From the NCBI GenBank assembly GCA_947085015.1, contig CAMTUV010000005.1, forward strand, positions 63 to 64,062: DNA of 64,000 bases, in the 5' to 3' direction. This document shows, piece after piece, positions 56,174 to 64,000 of this stretch. Both the position numbers and the translations under genes were made by a program. The notes under the pieces are model-generated. The model saw only the letters and a program-made list of their open reading frames with translations, did no database searches and was not told the DNA's origin. How positions within the stretch are numbered: the first letter of the stretch is position 1; each line of letters starts with the position of its first letter. This DNA is from an uncultured Nitrospirota bacterium (GTDB lineage: Bacteria > Nitrospirota > Thermodesulfovibrionia > Thermodesulfovibrionales > UBA6898).

Positions 56174-56539
56174 TCAGACCGCCACTTCGAATGCAATCTT
56201 GTCATAATTCATGTGGGGAATTTTCTTGTCATTGGACACCTCAACTTCAAGGACTCCGAGTTCCCGCAGATATTCAACATCCTGAAGCACATTCCTGAGA
56301 TCACGATGCAGTATCTTCGCCAGTTCATATACAGAAGAGGGTTTCCGCTCCTTTACCGTATGGAGAAGCTCTAATCGCTTTTCGGTGAGCGCCCGCCGCA
56401 TCTCTTTGAGGTTGCTGAAATAGATGGCGTCCTTTTTTCTGACCGCCTTGCCCTGTGCAATTTTCTCAAATGCCTCTCCGGCCTCCTTAAGTGCTCCATC
56501 CAAACCCTTGATCTCAATATGGATCGTCTTAATCCTCAT
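56174..56539 (-). CDS. HTH DNA-binding protein, putative antitoxin (TumA-like)
   Basis: 121 aa. Winged-helix-like ..SVYELAKILHRDLRNVLQDVEYLRELGVLE. It overlaps the upstream DUF6516 gene by 11 nt. Confidence 0.5.
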   Translation of the reverse strand: MRIKTIHIEIKGLDGALKEAGEAFEKIAQGKAVRKKDAIYFSNLKEMRRALTEKRLELLHTVKERKPSSVYELAKILHRDLRNVLQDVEYLRELGVLEVEVSNDKKIPHMNYDKIAFEVAV

Positions 56540-56825
56540 CGTCCCAGCTCCTTCCTCTTATGTTAATGATATCTTTCTTAAAGTCGTTGAGCAATCGCCA
56601 AATGTCGCCAAACGAATAAGGTTCTTCAACCCCCATGAAATGGCGATGATAGCCCTTCCCCTCTGCATTGTCATAGCAGACAAGCCTTTGTCCTGAGTGC
56701 ACATAGACGAGCGAAATCTTAACGCCATGAGGTTTATCTGCTGTAACCGGAACCTGCCAGAGCTTGATCTCCACAATCTCATCACCTTTCATTTCCTTGG
56801 TGTGGAGCAGCAGCCGTCCCTTCAT
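56529..56825 (-). CDS. DUF6516 (TumE-like) toxin-family protein
   Basis: 98 aa. P.G.K.SLVYV..G.R.V.YDNAEGKGYHRH......PY.F matches the DUF6516 pattern I recall. Confidence 0.5.
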   Translation of the reverse strand: MKGRLLLHTKEMKGDEIVEIKLWQVPVTADKPHGVKISLVYVHSGQRLVCYDNAEGKGYHRHFMGVEEPYSFGDIWRLLNDFKKDIINIRGRSWDDED

Positions 56826-57106
56826 GGTTGGTATTGTATACCAACGGATATATCAGGTCAACGCAAGTTCCGGATGCCAGGGAATAAGTCTTAGCGCAGG
56901 AGCATTACCTCTTCCGAATAAAAGAGAACCTGCTTAATTTCGATTTGAGCGATTTCGAGCAGGGTCTCCAGATAGCAACCGGGATTAGTGGTCTTGAACC
57001 AGCAGGGGCCTCCGGCCTTCTGGCAATTCTTTATCCCTCATATTCTGGCTGGGTTATTTTTAGGTTTTATATTATAACAGTGTTATAATTCAGGCAGGAG
57101 GAAAAC

Positions 57107-57355
57107 ATGCAAAGAAAGATATGCGCCATAGGAAACAGCAGGGGTGTCTCACTTCCGCCTGATCTGCTTGAAAAGCTTCATCTGGCGGTCGGTTCAGAAG
57201 TGAATATTGAACTTGATGCTGCTCAGGCAAAGATCATCATAGAACCTGCCAAAAAGAAAAAATATCCAAAGGGAATAGATCAGAAGTTTGTTTCCCAGGT
57301 AAATGACTTTATTGAACGGTACCGGCCTGCGCTTGATGAACTGGCAAAGAAGTGA
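57107..57355 (+). CDS. AbrB/MazE/SpoVT-family antitoxin (Phd-role partner of Doc)
   Basis: 82 aa with the SpoVT-AbrB fold signature IGNSRGVSLPPDLLEKL. GGAGGA lies upstream. Confidence 0.75.
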   Translation: MQRKICAIGNSRGVSLPPDLLEKLHLAVGSEVNIELDAAQAKIIIEPAKKKKYPKGIDQKFVSQVNDFIERYRPALDELAKK

Positions 57356-57732
57356 ACTATCTCACCCCTGAACAGGTGTTGTTTATCCACAGCAGGCTGA
57401 TTGATGAGACAGGCGGGATGCACGGGATAAGAGATCTTGGCCTGCTTGAATCTGCAGTGTCCCGGCCACAGGCAGTTTTTAACAATGCTGAACTCTATCC
57501 CACCATATTCCATAAAGCCGCAGCCCTGGCCGAGTCTCTTATAAAAAACCACCCGTTCCTTGACGGAAACAAAAGGACAGCGATAACATCAACCGCTATT
57601 TTTCTGCAGATGAACGGCCATTCTCTAAAGGCCTCACAGAGGGAACTTGTAGACTTCACTCTCGCACTGGCAACCAATAAATCATATTTTGACCAGGCTG
57701 TTATTTGGCTCAATCAATACAGCAGTAATTAA
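57352..57732 (+). CDS. doc: death-on-curing (Doc) Fic-fold toxin
   Basis: 126 aa. The Fic/Doc motif is HPFLDGNKRTA. The GTG start overlaps the antitoxin stop (GTGA). Confidence 0.85.
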   Translation: MNYLTPEQVLFIHSRLIDETGGMHGIRDLGLLESAVSRPQAVFNNAELYPTIFHKAAALAESLIKNHPFLDGNKRTAITSTAIFLQMNGHSLKASQRELVDFTLALATNKSYFDQAVIWLNQYSSN

Positions 57733-57786
57733 GAACCCTGCGGCTAAGACCGCGGACCGTCCATTTATTGATTGTTTATTTTTGGT

Positions 57787-57861
57787 GTCATTCTCGCAAT
57801 CCCGAAAGCCTTCGGGAGGTCGGGAATCCTTCCGGAAAGATTCCGGACAAGCCGGAATGAC
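57787..57861. repeat. hairpin-doublet repeat, copy R5
   Basis: Left arm gtc-ATTCTCG-[loop with nested hairpin cccgaa-agcc-ttcggg]-CGGGAAT-c, then cttccggaaag, then ATTCCGG-acaag-CCGGAAT-gac. Confidence 0.8.
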
Positions 57862-57909
57862 GGGATTAAGGCATAAATTGCCGGGTTAATATATAAGCTT
57901 TTTATGGCT

Positions 57910-58860
57910 TTATGTTCTTAAATGAGATGCGGCCTTTTGGCAGGGTTCGGAAGGGGCGTTATCAGATGCATTTGAGCACTCAGCGGCAGTCTTCTTTTCT
58001 CCGGACTGAAAGTGAAAGAGACCCTTGCCCTTGCCAAGTTCCTTGTGACAGGCGGCAATGCAGGCTCCGCAGTTCACGCATGAGATATCCCGTTTGTTCA
58101 TCCTTGGAAGAACATCCATAAAGCAGGCCTTTTCGCAGCCCCTGCAGTTCGTGCATTCATCAGCACGGTCCATGTTCATTCTCACCCGAAGTGAAACAGG
58201 GCTGATCCAGCCGAAGAGCATCTGCATAAGTCCGGCAGCACAAATATATTTGCAGAGCGAATGGCGCACCAGGATCGACGTTATCAGCATATAGATCGAA
58301 ACGCCGATTATGCCTGCCTTAACGCCAAAGGTGAAGTCCCAGTTTAAGATCTGGGCCCAGATAGTCTTTGGAGCAACAAGATAGCCAGTAAGAGCGACTC
58401 CGCCGATCAGCGGCAGAACAACCACGCTCAAGACGACAATAATTATATAGAGAAGTTTTCTGCCTCCTGGCACCTCTGGATCATTTGGTTTCTTGACAAA
58501 TAAGCTTCTTCGCCCGAGAAACTTGAGCGTGAAATTGTCTGCCAGTTCAAAGAGGGTCCCCTCAGGACAGAACCACCCGCAGAAAAATCTACTGGTCAGA
58601 AATCCAAGAAGGGGGAAGATGGCAAGAAACACGAGCCAGGGCAGGATAGCCTTTAGAAAGAACTGCAGGGCAATATGGCCTGCTCCCCGCACGCTCTGGT
58701 CAGTATAGAAGGCCTCGTTCAGGCCAAGACTCCAGACCTGTCCAAGGATGATCAGTTCTTTTGTGGCAGTGTCATACCTGAATATATTCAGCACAGGCAT
58801 AAGGAAAACAAGCAGGATAAAGGCTAACTGGGTTGTTCTTCTGTATGCTGCTGTGTTCAT
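57910..58860 (-). CDS. membrane-bound 4Fe-4S polyferredoxin (NapH/MauN-like), paralog 3
   Basis: TM helices, CGWFCPEGT, CTNCRGCEKAC and CVNCGACIAAC. Confidence 0.7.
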   Translation of the reverse strand: MNTAAYRRTTQLAFILLVFLMPVLNIFRYDTATKELIILGQVWSLGLNEAFYTDQSVRGAGHIALQFFLKAILPWLVFLAIFPLLGFLTSRFFCGWFCPEGTLFELADNFTLKFLGRRSLFVKKPNDPEVPGGRKLLYIIIVVLSVVVLPLIGGVALTGYLVAPKTIWAQILNWDFTFGVKAGIIGVSIYMLITSILVRHSLCKYICAAGLMQMLFGWISPVSLRVRMNMDRADECTNCRGCEKACFMDVLPRMNKRDISCVNCGACIAACHKELGKGKGLFHFQSGEKKTAAECSNASDNAPSEPCQKAASHLRT

Positions 58861-59051
58861 GATATGACTATACTACTGAAACACTATCGCAGCCATGATA
58901 TGCGTCATACAGAACAAAAAGAGGGATTGGGGAGAGGCTGCCCCGGTTTCTTGGAGGGGACAGGGGCAGCCTCTGGGGACAAAGAAATATTATACATATT
59001 AGACCCCTTCATGTGAAGGGGATATGATATAAATCATATTTTTTGAAAAAA

Positions 59052-59969
59052 TTATGCCCAGCGCATCAGGGCTATCACAAAGACGATCAGAAAAACAAAG
59101 ATAAGGTTCATGTATGCAATAAAGTAAAATATCCTTTCATGAAAGGGTCTTACAGGTTTTGTTTCACTAACGATCAGCCTTCCGACGTGCCTCATGGCAA
59201 ACACCTTCTCCTCGCTATGGGGAGCTGTCTTGAGCGCATCCGAAAGGTCATTTCCTGCCAGATGTTTACGCGCGTGACTGCCATCCTTCCAGAGCCTGCT
59301 GTCTGTCACATCGTAGATATTCCCCTTGAGCGCTATATAAGCAGGCCGTCCCTCTTTTCCGTCAAAATTATGGAGTTCTTCAAGAGTGAACTCTCGCCTG
59401 TCCTTCAGGCTGTCCCATGAAGGCAGCGCCTTCAGTTTTTTCCTCATTCTCGGCCCTATAAAAACCGTTACGAAAAAAGCTGTACTCATCATAACAAGGA
59501 AAAGCAGGACCTTGATGGTCAGCAGTATGCCGAACCGTGTAGTGAAAAGCACGTCCCATGCCGGGATCCTGGCAATACTGAGCAGCGTTCCGGTCACAGA
59601 CATGATGATCATGGACATCCAACCCAGGATGAGCTCGCCTTTGGGAAGGCCTTTGGCAGCATACGCAGGCTTCAGAAGTATATGAACGTACAGTATCGTG
59701 CCGAACCAGGCAATAGCAGTCAGGAGGTGAAAATAGCCGATAATAAAACGGACGATCTTCTGCGGGGTTTTAAGCGGCCGGTACAGCCCTTTCATTTTCA
59801 TCTCTTCGACAAACTGCTCACCTGCCCTGGTGAGTTTGCCACCGCCTATGGCATCAACATGGCAGACCTTGCATTCAAATCCTGTTTGACGAGCATATTC
59901 AGTCGTGGCCGCGGACAAAGCGGGAGTCAGTAGAAAGAACAGACAGAGAAAGGCCATTGTCTTATTCAT
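59052..59969 (-). CDS. membrane protein fusing an N-terminal c-type haem site with a cytochrome b5-like haem/steroid-binding domain
   Basis: Signal peptide, CKVCH (CxxCH), about 4 TM helices, a b5-like segment (FTLEELHNFDGKEGRPAYIALKGNIYDVT) and a final TM helix. Confidence 0.6.
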   Translation of the reverse strand: MNKTMAFLCLFFLLTPALSAATTEYARQTGFECKVCHVDAIGGGKLTRAGEQFVEEMKMKGLYRPLKTPQKIVRFIIGYFHLLTAIAWFGTILYVHILLKPAYAAKGLPKGELILGWMSMIIMSVTGTLLSIARIPAWDVLFTTRFGILLTIKVLLFLVMMSTAFFVTVFIGPRMRKKLKALPSWDSLKDRREFTLEELHNFDGKEGRPAYIALKGNIYDVTDSRLWKDGSHARKHLAGNDLSDALKTAPHSEEKVFAMRHVGRLIVSETKPVRPFHERIFYFIAYMNLIFVFLIVFVIALMRWA

Positions 59970-60026
59970 ACTGCTATGATAGATGAAACAAGGGACGGAT
60001 TCAACCGTCCCTTGTTCTTAAAGAAG

Positions 60027-61412
60027 CTAAGCCCTTTCAGACGCTGCTGTTACAGCAGACCCTCTGCCGAGCTTGAAGAAATCGACCACAAAGATGCCGA
60101 CGCCGATCAGGAAGCCCACACCAAAGATCGCCCTGAATATCCAGAACCAGAGATTGTAATTGGCCTTAACTGCAACGTAATCGAGTCCCATGAGCCTTTC
60201 CAAATACACCTGGACCATTCCAGCACCTGTGATTGTCATCACTATAAGGACCATGGAGATGGTCAGCCACCAGAAAGACTGATATGCTCTTGAGGAATTA
60301 AATTCCTTAACACCCCTTATAGAAGGAAGCGTGACATATATCATGGCCATTACAAGAAGGACGTATGCACCGTAGAATGCAAGGTGTCCATGGGCTGTTG
60401 TGATCTGAGTGCCATGCGTCCACTTGTTGATCTGAGGAAGCGTATGAATAATTCCCCACAACCCTGCACCGACGAAGTTAAATATTGCATGAGCAACAGC
60501 ATAGAATAGGCCAACCTTGTTCGAGACCTGTCTGTGCTCCCTCGTTGTCCTGAAGGCATCCCATACCATGAAGAGCAACGGTACCGGCTCTAATGAACTG
60601 AATATGCCTCCGACCCATAGCCAGTAGCCCGGGGTTCCGATCCAGTAATAATGATGGCCTGTGCCGAGGATTCCGGTAAACATGACAAGACCCACTTCTA
60701 TGTACATCCACTTTTCGACAACTTCTCTTTTTGCGCCGACGGTCTTCATCAGCATAAATGCAAGGAGCGCACCGGCAATGATCTCCCAGGAGCCTTCAAC
60801 CCAGAGATGCACCACCCACCACCACCAGAACTGGTCTTTCACCATGCTCTTGCTGTAGAACATGCCCGGCAGATACATAAGCGCAAGGAATAAAAGGCCG
60901 ACCATGAGAACGCCCTGTATGCCTGTCCACTTTTTTGTCTTGAGTACTGTCATTAAGTTAATAAAGAGGAAGAGCAGGACGGAAATAACGATCAGCACGT
61001 CTGCCCAGCGCGGGGCCTCAATATATTCCCTTCCTTCATTGAGAGGGTTAATGCCCATGATAGGACTGTTAGCCTGGGGGTCAAGACCCATCCAGATGTA
61101 GCCCAGAACAACAGCGGTGATCGTTCCGACCGTTGCCCAGAACTGGAGCTTTGCAAGGGGAAGGTTCCAGATCTCTGTTTCTGATTCTTCAGACACAACA
61201 TAATAGGTTGCGCCCATGAAACCCACAAGCAGCCAGACCACAAGGGCGTTGATATGCAGGGACCTGATGACGTTGAAGTTTAAGATAAAGAAATCAGGCC
61301 AGATGAACTGCACAGCAGCAATGATACCGACCAGCACCTGAACAAGGAACAGGACCACCGCAAAGGTATAGAAGTATTCTGCTAATTTTTGACTTTGGTA
61401 TTTAACGCTCAT
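60027..61412 (-). CDS. norB: nitric-oxide reductase large subunit
   Basis: 461 aa. It resembles Paracoccus NorB throughout, as recalled, e.g. WWWVVHLWVEGSWEIIAGALLAFMLMK, GTGHHYYWIG and THGTQITTAHGHLAFYGAY. Confidence 0.85.
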   Translation of the reverse strand: MSVKYQSQKLAEYFYTFAVVLFLVQVLVGIIAAVQFIWPDFFILNFNVIRSLHINALVVWLLVGFMGATYYVVSEESETEIWNLPLAKLQFWATVGTITAVVLGYIWMGLDPQANSPIMGINPLNEGREYIEAPRWADVLIVISVLLFLFINLMTVLKTKKWTGIQGVLMVGLLFLALMYLPGMFYSKSMVKDQFWWWWVVHLWVEGSWEIIAGALLAFMLMKTVGAKREVVEKWMYIEVGLVMFTGILGTGHHYYWIGTPGYWLWVGGIFSSLEPVPLLFMVWDAFRTTREHRQVSNKVGLFYAVAHAIFNFVGAGLWGIIHTLPQINKWTHGTQITTAHGHLAFYGAYVLLVMAMIYVTLPSIRGVKEFNSSRAYQSFWWLTISMVLIVMTITGAGMVQVYLERLMGLDYVAVKANYNLWFWIFRAIFGVGFLIGVGIFVVDFFKLGRGSAVTAASERA

Positions 61413-61423
61413 TTCACCACCTC

Positions 61424-62092
61424 CTATTTCAGCGTAAGCATGTAATCGGTTAATTTTTCGATGTCAGCATCCGGAGCTTCCACCTTCTGCATTGCCGAAT
61501 TCGGCACATAAGCCTGCGGATCCTTGAAATGGCCGACAAGCCATGCCCGGTCGTGCTTTGCTCCGACCTTGGTAAGATCCGGTCCGGTTGTGCCGCCGAT
61601 GCCGTTGATCGTATGGCATGCAGAGCATCCATGGGACTGATAGACCTTCTGGCCTTCTGTAAGCTCCTTGCCTGCGGCTCCTAATGATGCAAGGATCGGT
61701 TTTGGCGGCCATCCGTTGGTATCAACCTTGGAGGTCCAGTCAAGAAAAGCGATAAGATCATCAGCCTCATCAGACCTGATGCCGAGTTTCGGCATCGCTG
61801 CCTTGGGATTTGCTGATCTCGGGTCCATCAGGAACTGCTTGAGATACCCTTTTGGCTTGTTCACAGTCGTCTTGGTCAGGTCTGGCGCAAAATACGAGCC
61901 GTTCCCAAAGATCGTGTGGCAGCCGATGCAGTCATACTTGTGCCAGACCTTCTTGCCGGCATCTATCTGCGCTGTGATCTCCGGGGCCCTGCCATCCAGC
62001 TTTCCCATGGTGTCATAGGTAAGGCCTAAAAAGATCAGAAAGAAGAAGAGACTGCCGAAAATGAAAAGATTTCTTGCTGATTTGTTGCTCAT
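61424..62092 (-). CDS. norC: NorC-like cytochrome c subunit with an additional C-terminal c-type domain (two CxxCH)
   Basis: The ATG at 62092 lies 8 nt after GGAGG. The NorC-like part is KVWHKYDCIGCHTIFGNGSYFAPDL. The second haem site is CSACH. Confidence 0.7.
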   Translation of the reverse strand: MSNKSARNLFIFGSLFFFLIFLGLTYDTMGKLDGRAPEITAQIDAGKKVWHKYDCIGCHTIFGNGSYFAPDLTKTTVNKPKGYLKQFLMDPRSANPKAAMPKLGIRSDEADDLIAFLDWTSKVDTNGWPPKPILASLGAAGKELTEGQKVYQSHGCSACHTINGIGGTTGPDLTKVGAKHDRAWLVGHFKDPQAYVPNSAMQKVEAPDADIEKLTDYMLTLK

Positions 62093-62274
62093 GTGGAACA
62101 CCTCCTTATAATATTTCCAGAGAAGATCTGGTATAGTTATGAAAAGTATTCTAAGGATTTGTCATATTCGCTGCTATGATTCAAATCATATAACAAAATA
62201 ATCAGGAAGGCTATTTTTTAAAGTTTTTTTCGGCAGGTATAGTAATGAACACCTTACTATATTAAGATATTCCT

Positions 62275-64000
62275 ATGTATACGCCTTCTGACGCAGAAAC
62301 AAAAAACAGGCCCTTGCAGTCTTTACAACCCGGCCGCTTCCTGCTTGCTGCAGCAGGCCTTATATTCCTGGCTGGACTGTTCATTATCTTTCTGCTGTCA
62401 GCCTTTCCATCCCTGCCGTTTTTTTGGGCAGGCATAATCCATGCATCCTTCCTTGCCGCAGTTCTCTGCCCCTTTCTCTATCTGTTTGTCCTTCGGCCCT
62501 GGTCACATGTAATGTCAGACCTGAAGAGATCAGATGAGAACGTGCGGCTTGCATACAATGTCCTTGAAAGCAGCAGTGAGCCGGTTCTCATTACTGATGC
62601 CCATGCGAATATTGAATATGTGAACCCTGCCTTCTGCTCCATAACAGGCTATTCCCGGCAAGAAGTCATAGGCAAAAACCCGAAGATCATGAAATCAGGC
62701 CGGCATGACAAGGAGTTTTATGAAGACATGTGGGCATCTCTTGGAGAAACCGGACAATGGCAGGGGGAGATCTGGGACAGGCGGAAGAGCGGCGAACTGT
62801 ATCCCAAGTGGCTTTCTGTCAGCGCTGTCAAGGATGATTCAGGAAAAGTCGTAAAGTATGTGAGCATTTTTTCAGACATCACTTCATTGAAACAGACAGA
62901 GGAATATCTCGAGCACCTGACACATTACGACCGCCTTACGGGCCTGCCCAACCGTATCCTGCTCCATGACCGCATCAAACAGGAGCTAATGCAGGCAGGC
63001 CGCAAAAAACAGATGCTGGCGGTCATGTTCCTCGATATCGACCGTTTCAAGAATATCAACGATACCTTTGGCAATCTTGCAGGGGATCAGTTACTTAAGG
63101 AGTTCTCAGAGAGACTGTCAGACTGCGCCGGAGGGGAAAAAACAGTCGCTCATCTTGGCGGAGATGAATTTGCCGTTATTGTAAGCGATATGAACAATGC
63201 GCAGAGCGCTGCCACCGCAGCACAGAAAATTCTCGCTGCCCTGTCCAGCCCCTTTCAGATAAGATATCACGAGGTTTTTATCACGATCAGCATCGGCATC
63301 ACTGTTTATCCTGCGGACGGCGAAGAGGTAGACAACCTTCTGAGAAATGCCAATATGGCTTTACAGAAAGCCAGGGAACAGGGCAATAACAGCTTCCAGT
63401 TCTATGACAGCAGTATGAGTGACAGGGCCTTCGAATATCTCAGCATGGAGACAAACCTGCGCTATGCCCTGGAGCGTAATGAGTTTGTTTTGCATTACCA
63501 GCCCCAGGTAGATCTTGCCACAGGCCGGATCATCGGTATGGAGGCGCTGATACGCAGGCAGGAACAGGGCTGGCTGGTCCCGCCATCGAAGTTCATCCCC
63601 CTTGCAGAAGAAACAGGTCTGATCATCCCGATCTGTGAATGGACACTGCTTACGGCCTGCAGACAGGCAAAGCTCTGGCAGTCTGAGGGTCTCCCGCCTC
63701 TGCGGTTGGCGGTCAACGTGACAGCCAGTCAGTTCTATCAGAAAAAATTGTTACAAACGGTAAAAAACGTATTGGATGAAACCGGCCTCGCTCCACAGCA
63801 TCTTGAACTTGAACTTACTGAAAAGATAATCATGCGTGACGCCAAGGCAGCCATCGGCATGATGCGCGAGCTTAAAGAAATGGGGGTCTGCATGTCGATA
63901 GATGATTTCGGCACAGGGTATTCTTCTCTGAATTACCTCAAGCAGTTCCCGGTTGATAAACTCAAGATCGACATATCTTTTGTCAAAGACCTCCCTCACG
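62275..64000 (+). CDS. PAS-GGDEF-EAL signalling protein (3' end outside the window)
   Basis: Absent from the ORF track because it has no stop in the window; hand-translated from the ATG at 62275. It has 2 TM helices, a PAS domain (NPAFCSITGYSRQEVIGKNPKIMKSG), GGDEF (HLGGDEFAV) and EAL (..GMEALIR.., DDFGTGYSSL). Confidence 0.85.
   Translation, partial: MYTPSDAETKNRPLQSLQPGRFLLAAAGLIFLAGLFIIFLLSAFPSLPFFWAGIIHASFLAAVLCPFLYLFVLRPWSHVMSDLKRSDENVRLAYNVLESSSEPVLITDAHANIEYVNPAFCSITGYSRQEVIGKNPKIMKSGRHDKEFYEDMWASLGETGQWQGEIWDRRKSGELYPKWLSVSAVKDDSGKVVKYVSIFSDITSLKQTEEYLEHLTHYDRLTGLPNRILLHDRIKQELMQAGRKKQMLAVMFLDIDRFKNINDTFGNLAGDQLLKEFSERLSDCAGGEKTVAHLGGDEFAVIVSDMNNAQSAATAAQKILAALSSPFQIRYHEVFITISIGITVYPADGEEVDNLLRNANMALQKAREQGNNSFQFYDSSMSDRAFEYLSMETNLRYALERNEFVLHYQPQVDLATGRIIGMEALIRRQEQGWLVPPSKFIPLAEETGLIIPICEWTLLTACRQAKLWQSEGLPPLRLAVNVTASQFYQKKLLQTVKNVLDETGLAPQHLELELTEKIIMRDAKAAIGMMRELKEMGVCMSIDDFGTGYSSLNYLKQFPVDKLKIDISFVKDLPH

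Noticed and set aside
1-64000. Search for CRISPR arrays, rRNA, tmRNA/RNase P/SRP RNA, integrases, transposases and prophage structural genes
   Set aside because: I saw no regularly spaced direct repeats and no rRNA-like conserved blocks. No ORF has tyrosine- or serine-recombinase, DDE or HUH motifs. A by-eye scan cannot exclude small ncRNAs.

Overview
This is a 64-kb stretch of bacterial chromosome. I recognised no rRNA, CRISPR array, integrase or transposase. The backbone is housekeeping: nth-like glycosylase, relA/spoT, murA, rpmE-DUF1385-prfA-prmC, nadB, pyk, hisI/hisE/hit, purD, tsaC and two tRNA-Leu genes. It also carries a DUF4390/NtrY/NtrX-type cluster, ampG, a norCB nitric-oxide reductase locus, several c-di-GMP/cNMP signalling genes, and an 8-kb co-directional TonB-dependent uptake cluster that contains an HgdC-type activase. 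The gene content suggests an anaerobic or microaerophilic, possibly uncultivated lineage, but taxonomy cannot be fixed from the sequence alone. Four things stand out. (1) A roughly 10-kb defence island (26.3-36.7 kb) holds a type I R-M operon. VapBC and a small ORF sit between hsdM and hsdS. A tightly coupled three-gene cassette sits between hsdS and hsdR: a double zinc-ribbon protein with an Rx4H motif, a membrane-anchored Macro-like protein, and a DUF1863/ThsB-type TIR-like protein. This is my best candidate for an undescribed system. (2) A small GIY-YIG nuclease gene bounded by perfect 14-bp terminal inverted repeats splits prfA from prmC. Miniature hairpin-doublet copies with the same termini and compensatory stem changes are dispersed in the window, an architecture analogous to REPIN/RAYT. 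(3) A HEPN/MNT toxin-antitoxin cassette is bracketed by diverged duplicates of the hit 3' end, near a tRNA-Leu. (4) murA appears to start at a CTG codon. At least six toxin-antitoxin modules are present. All product calls rest on motif recognition by eye, and no database search was run.
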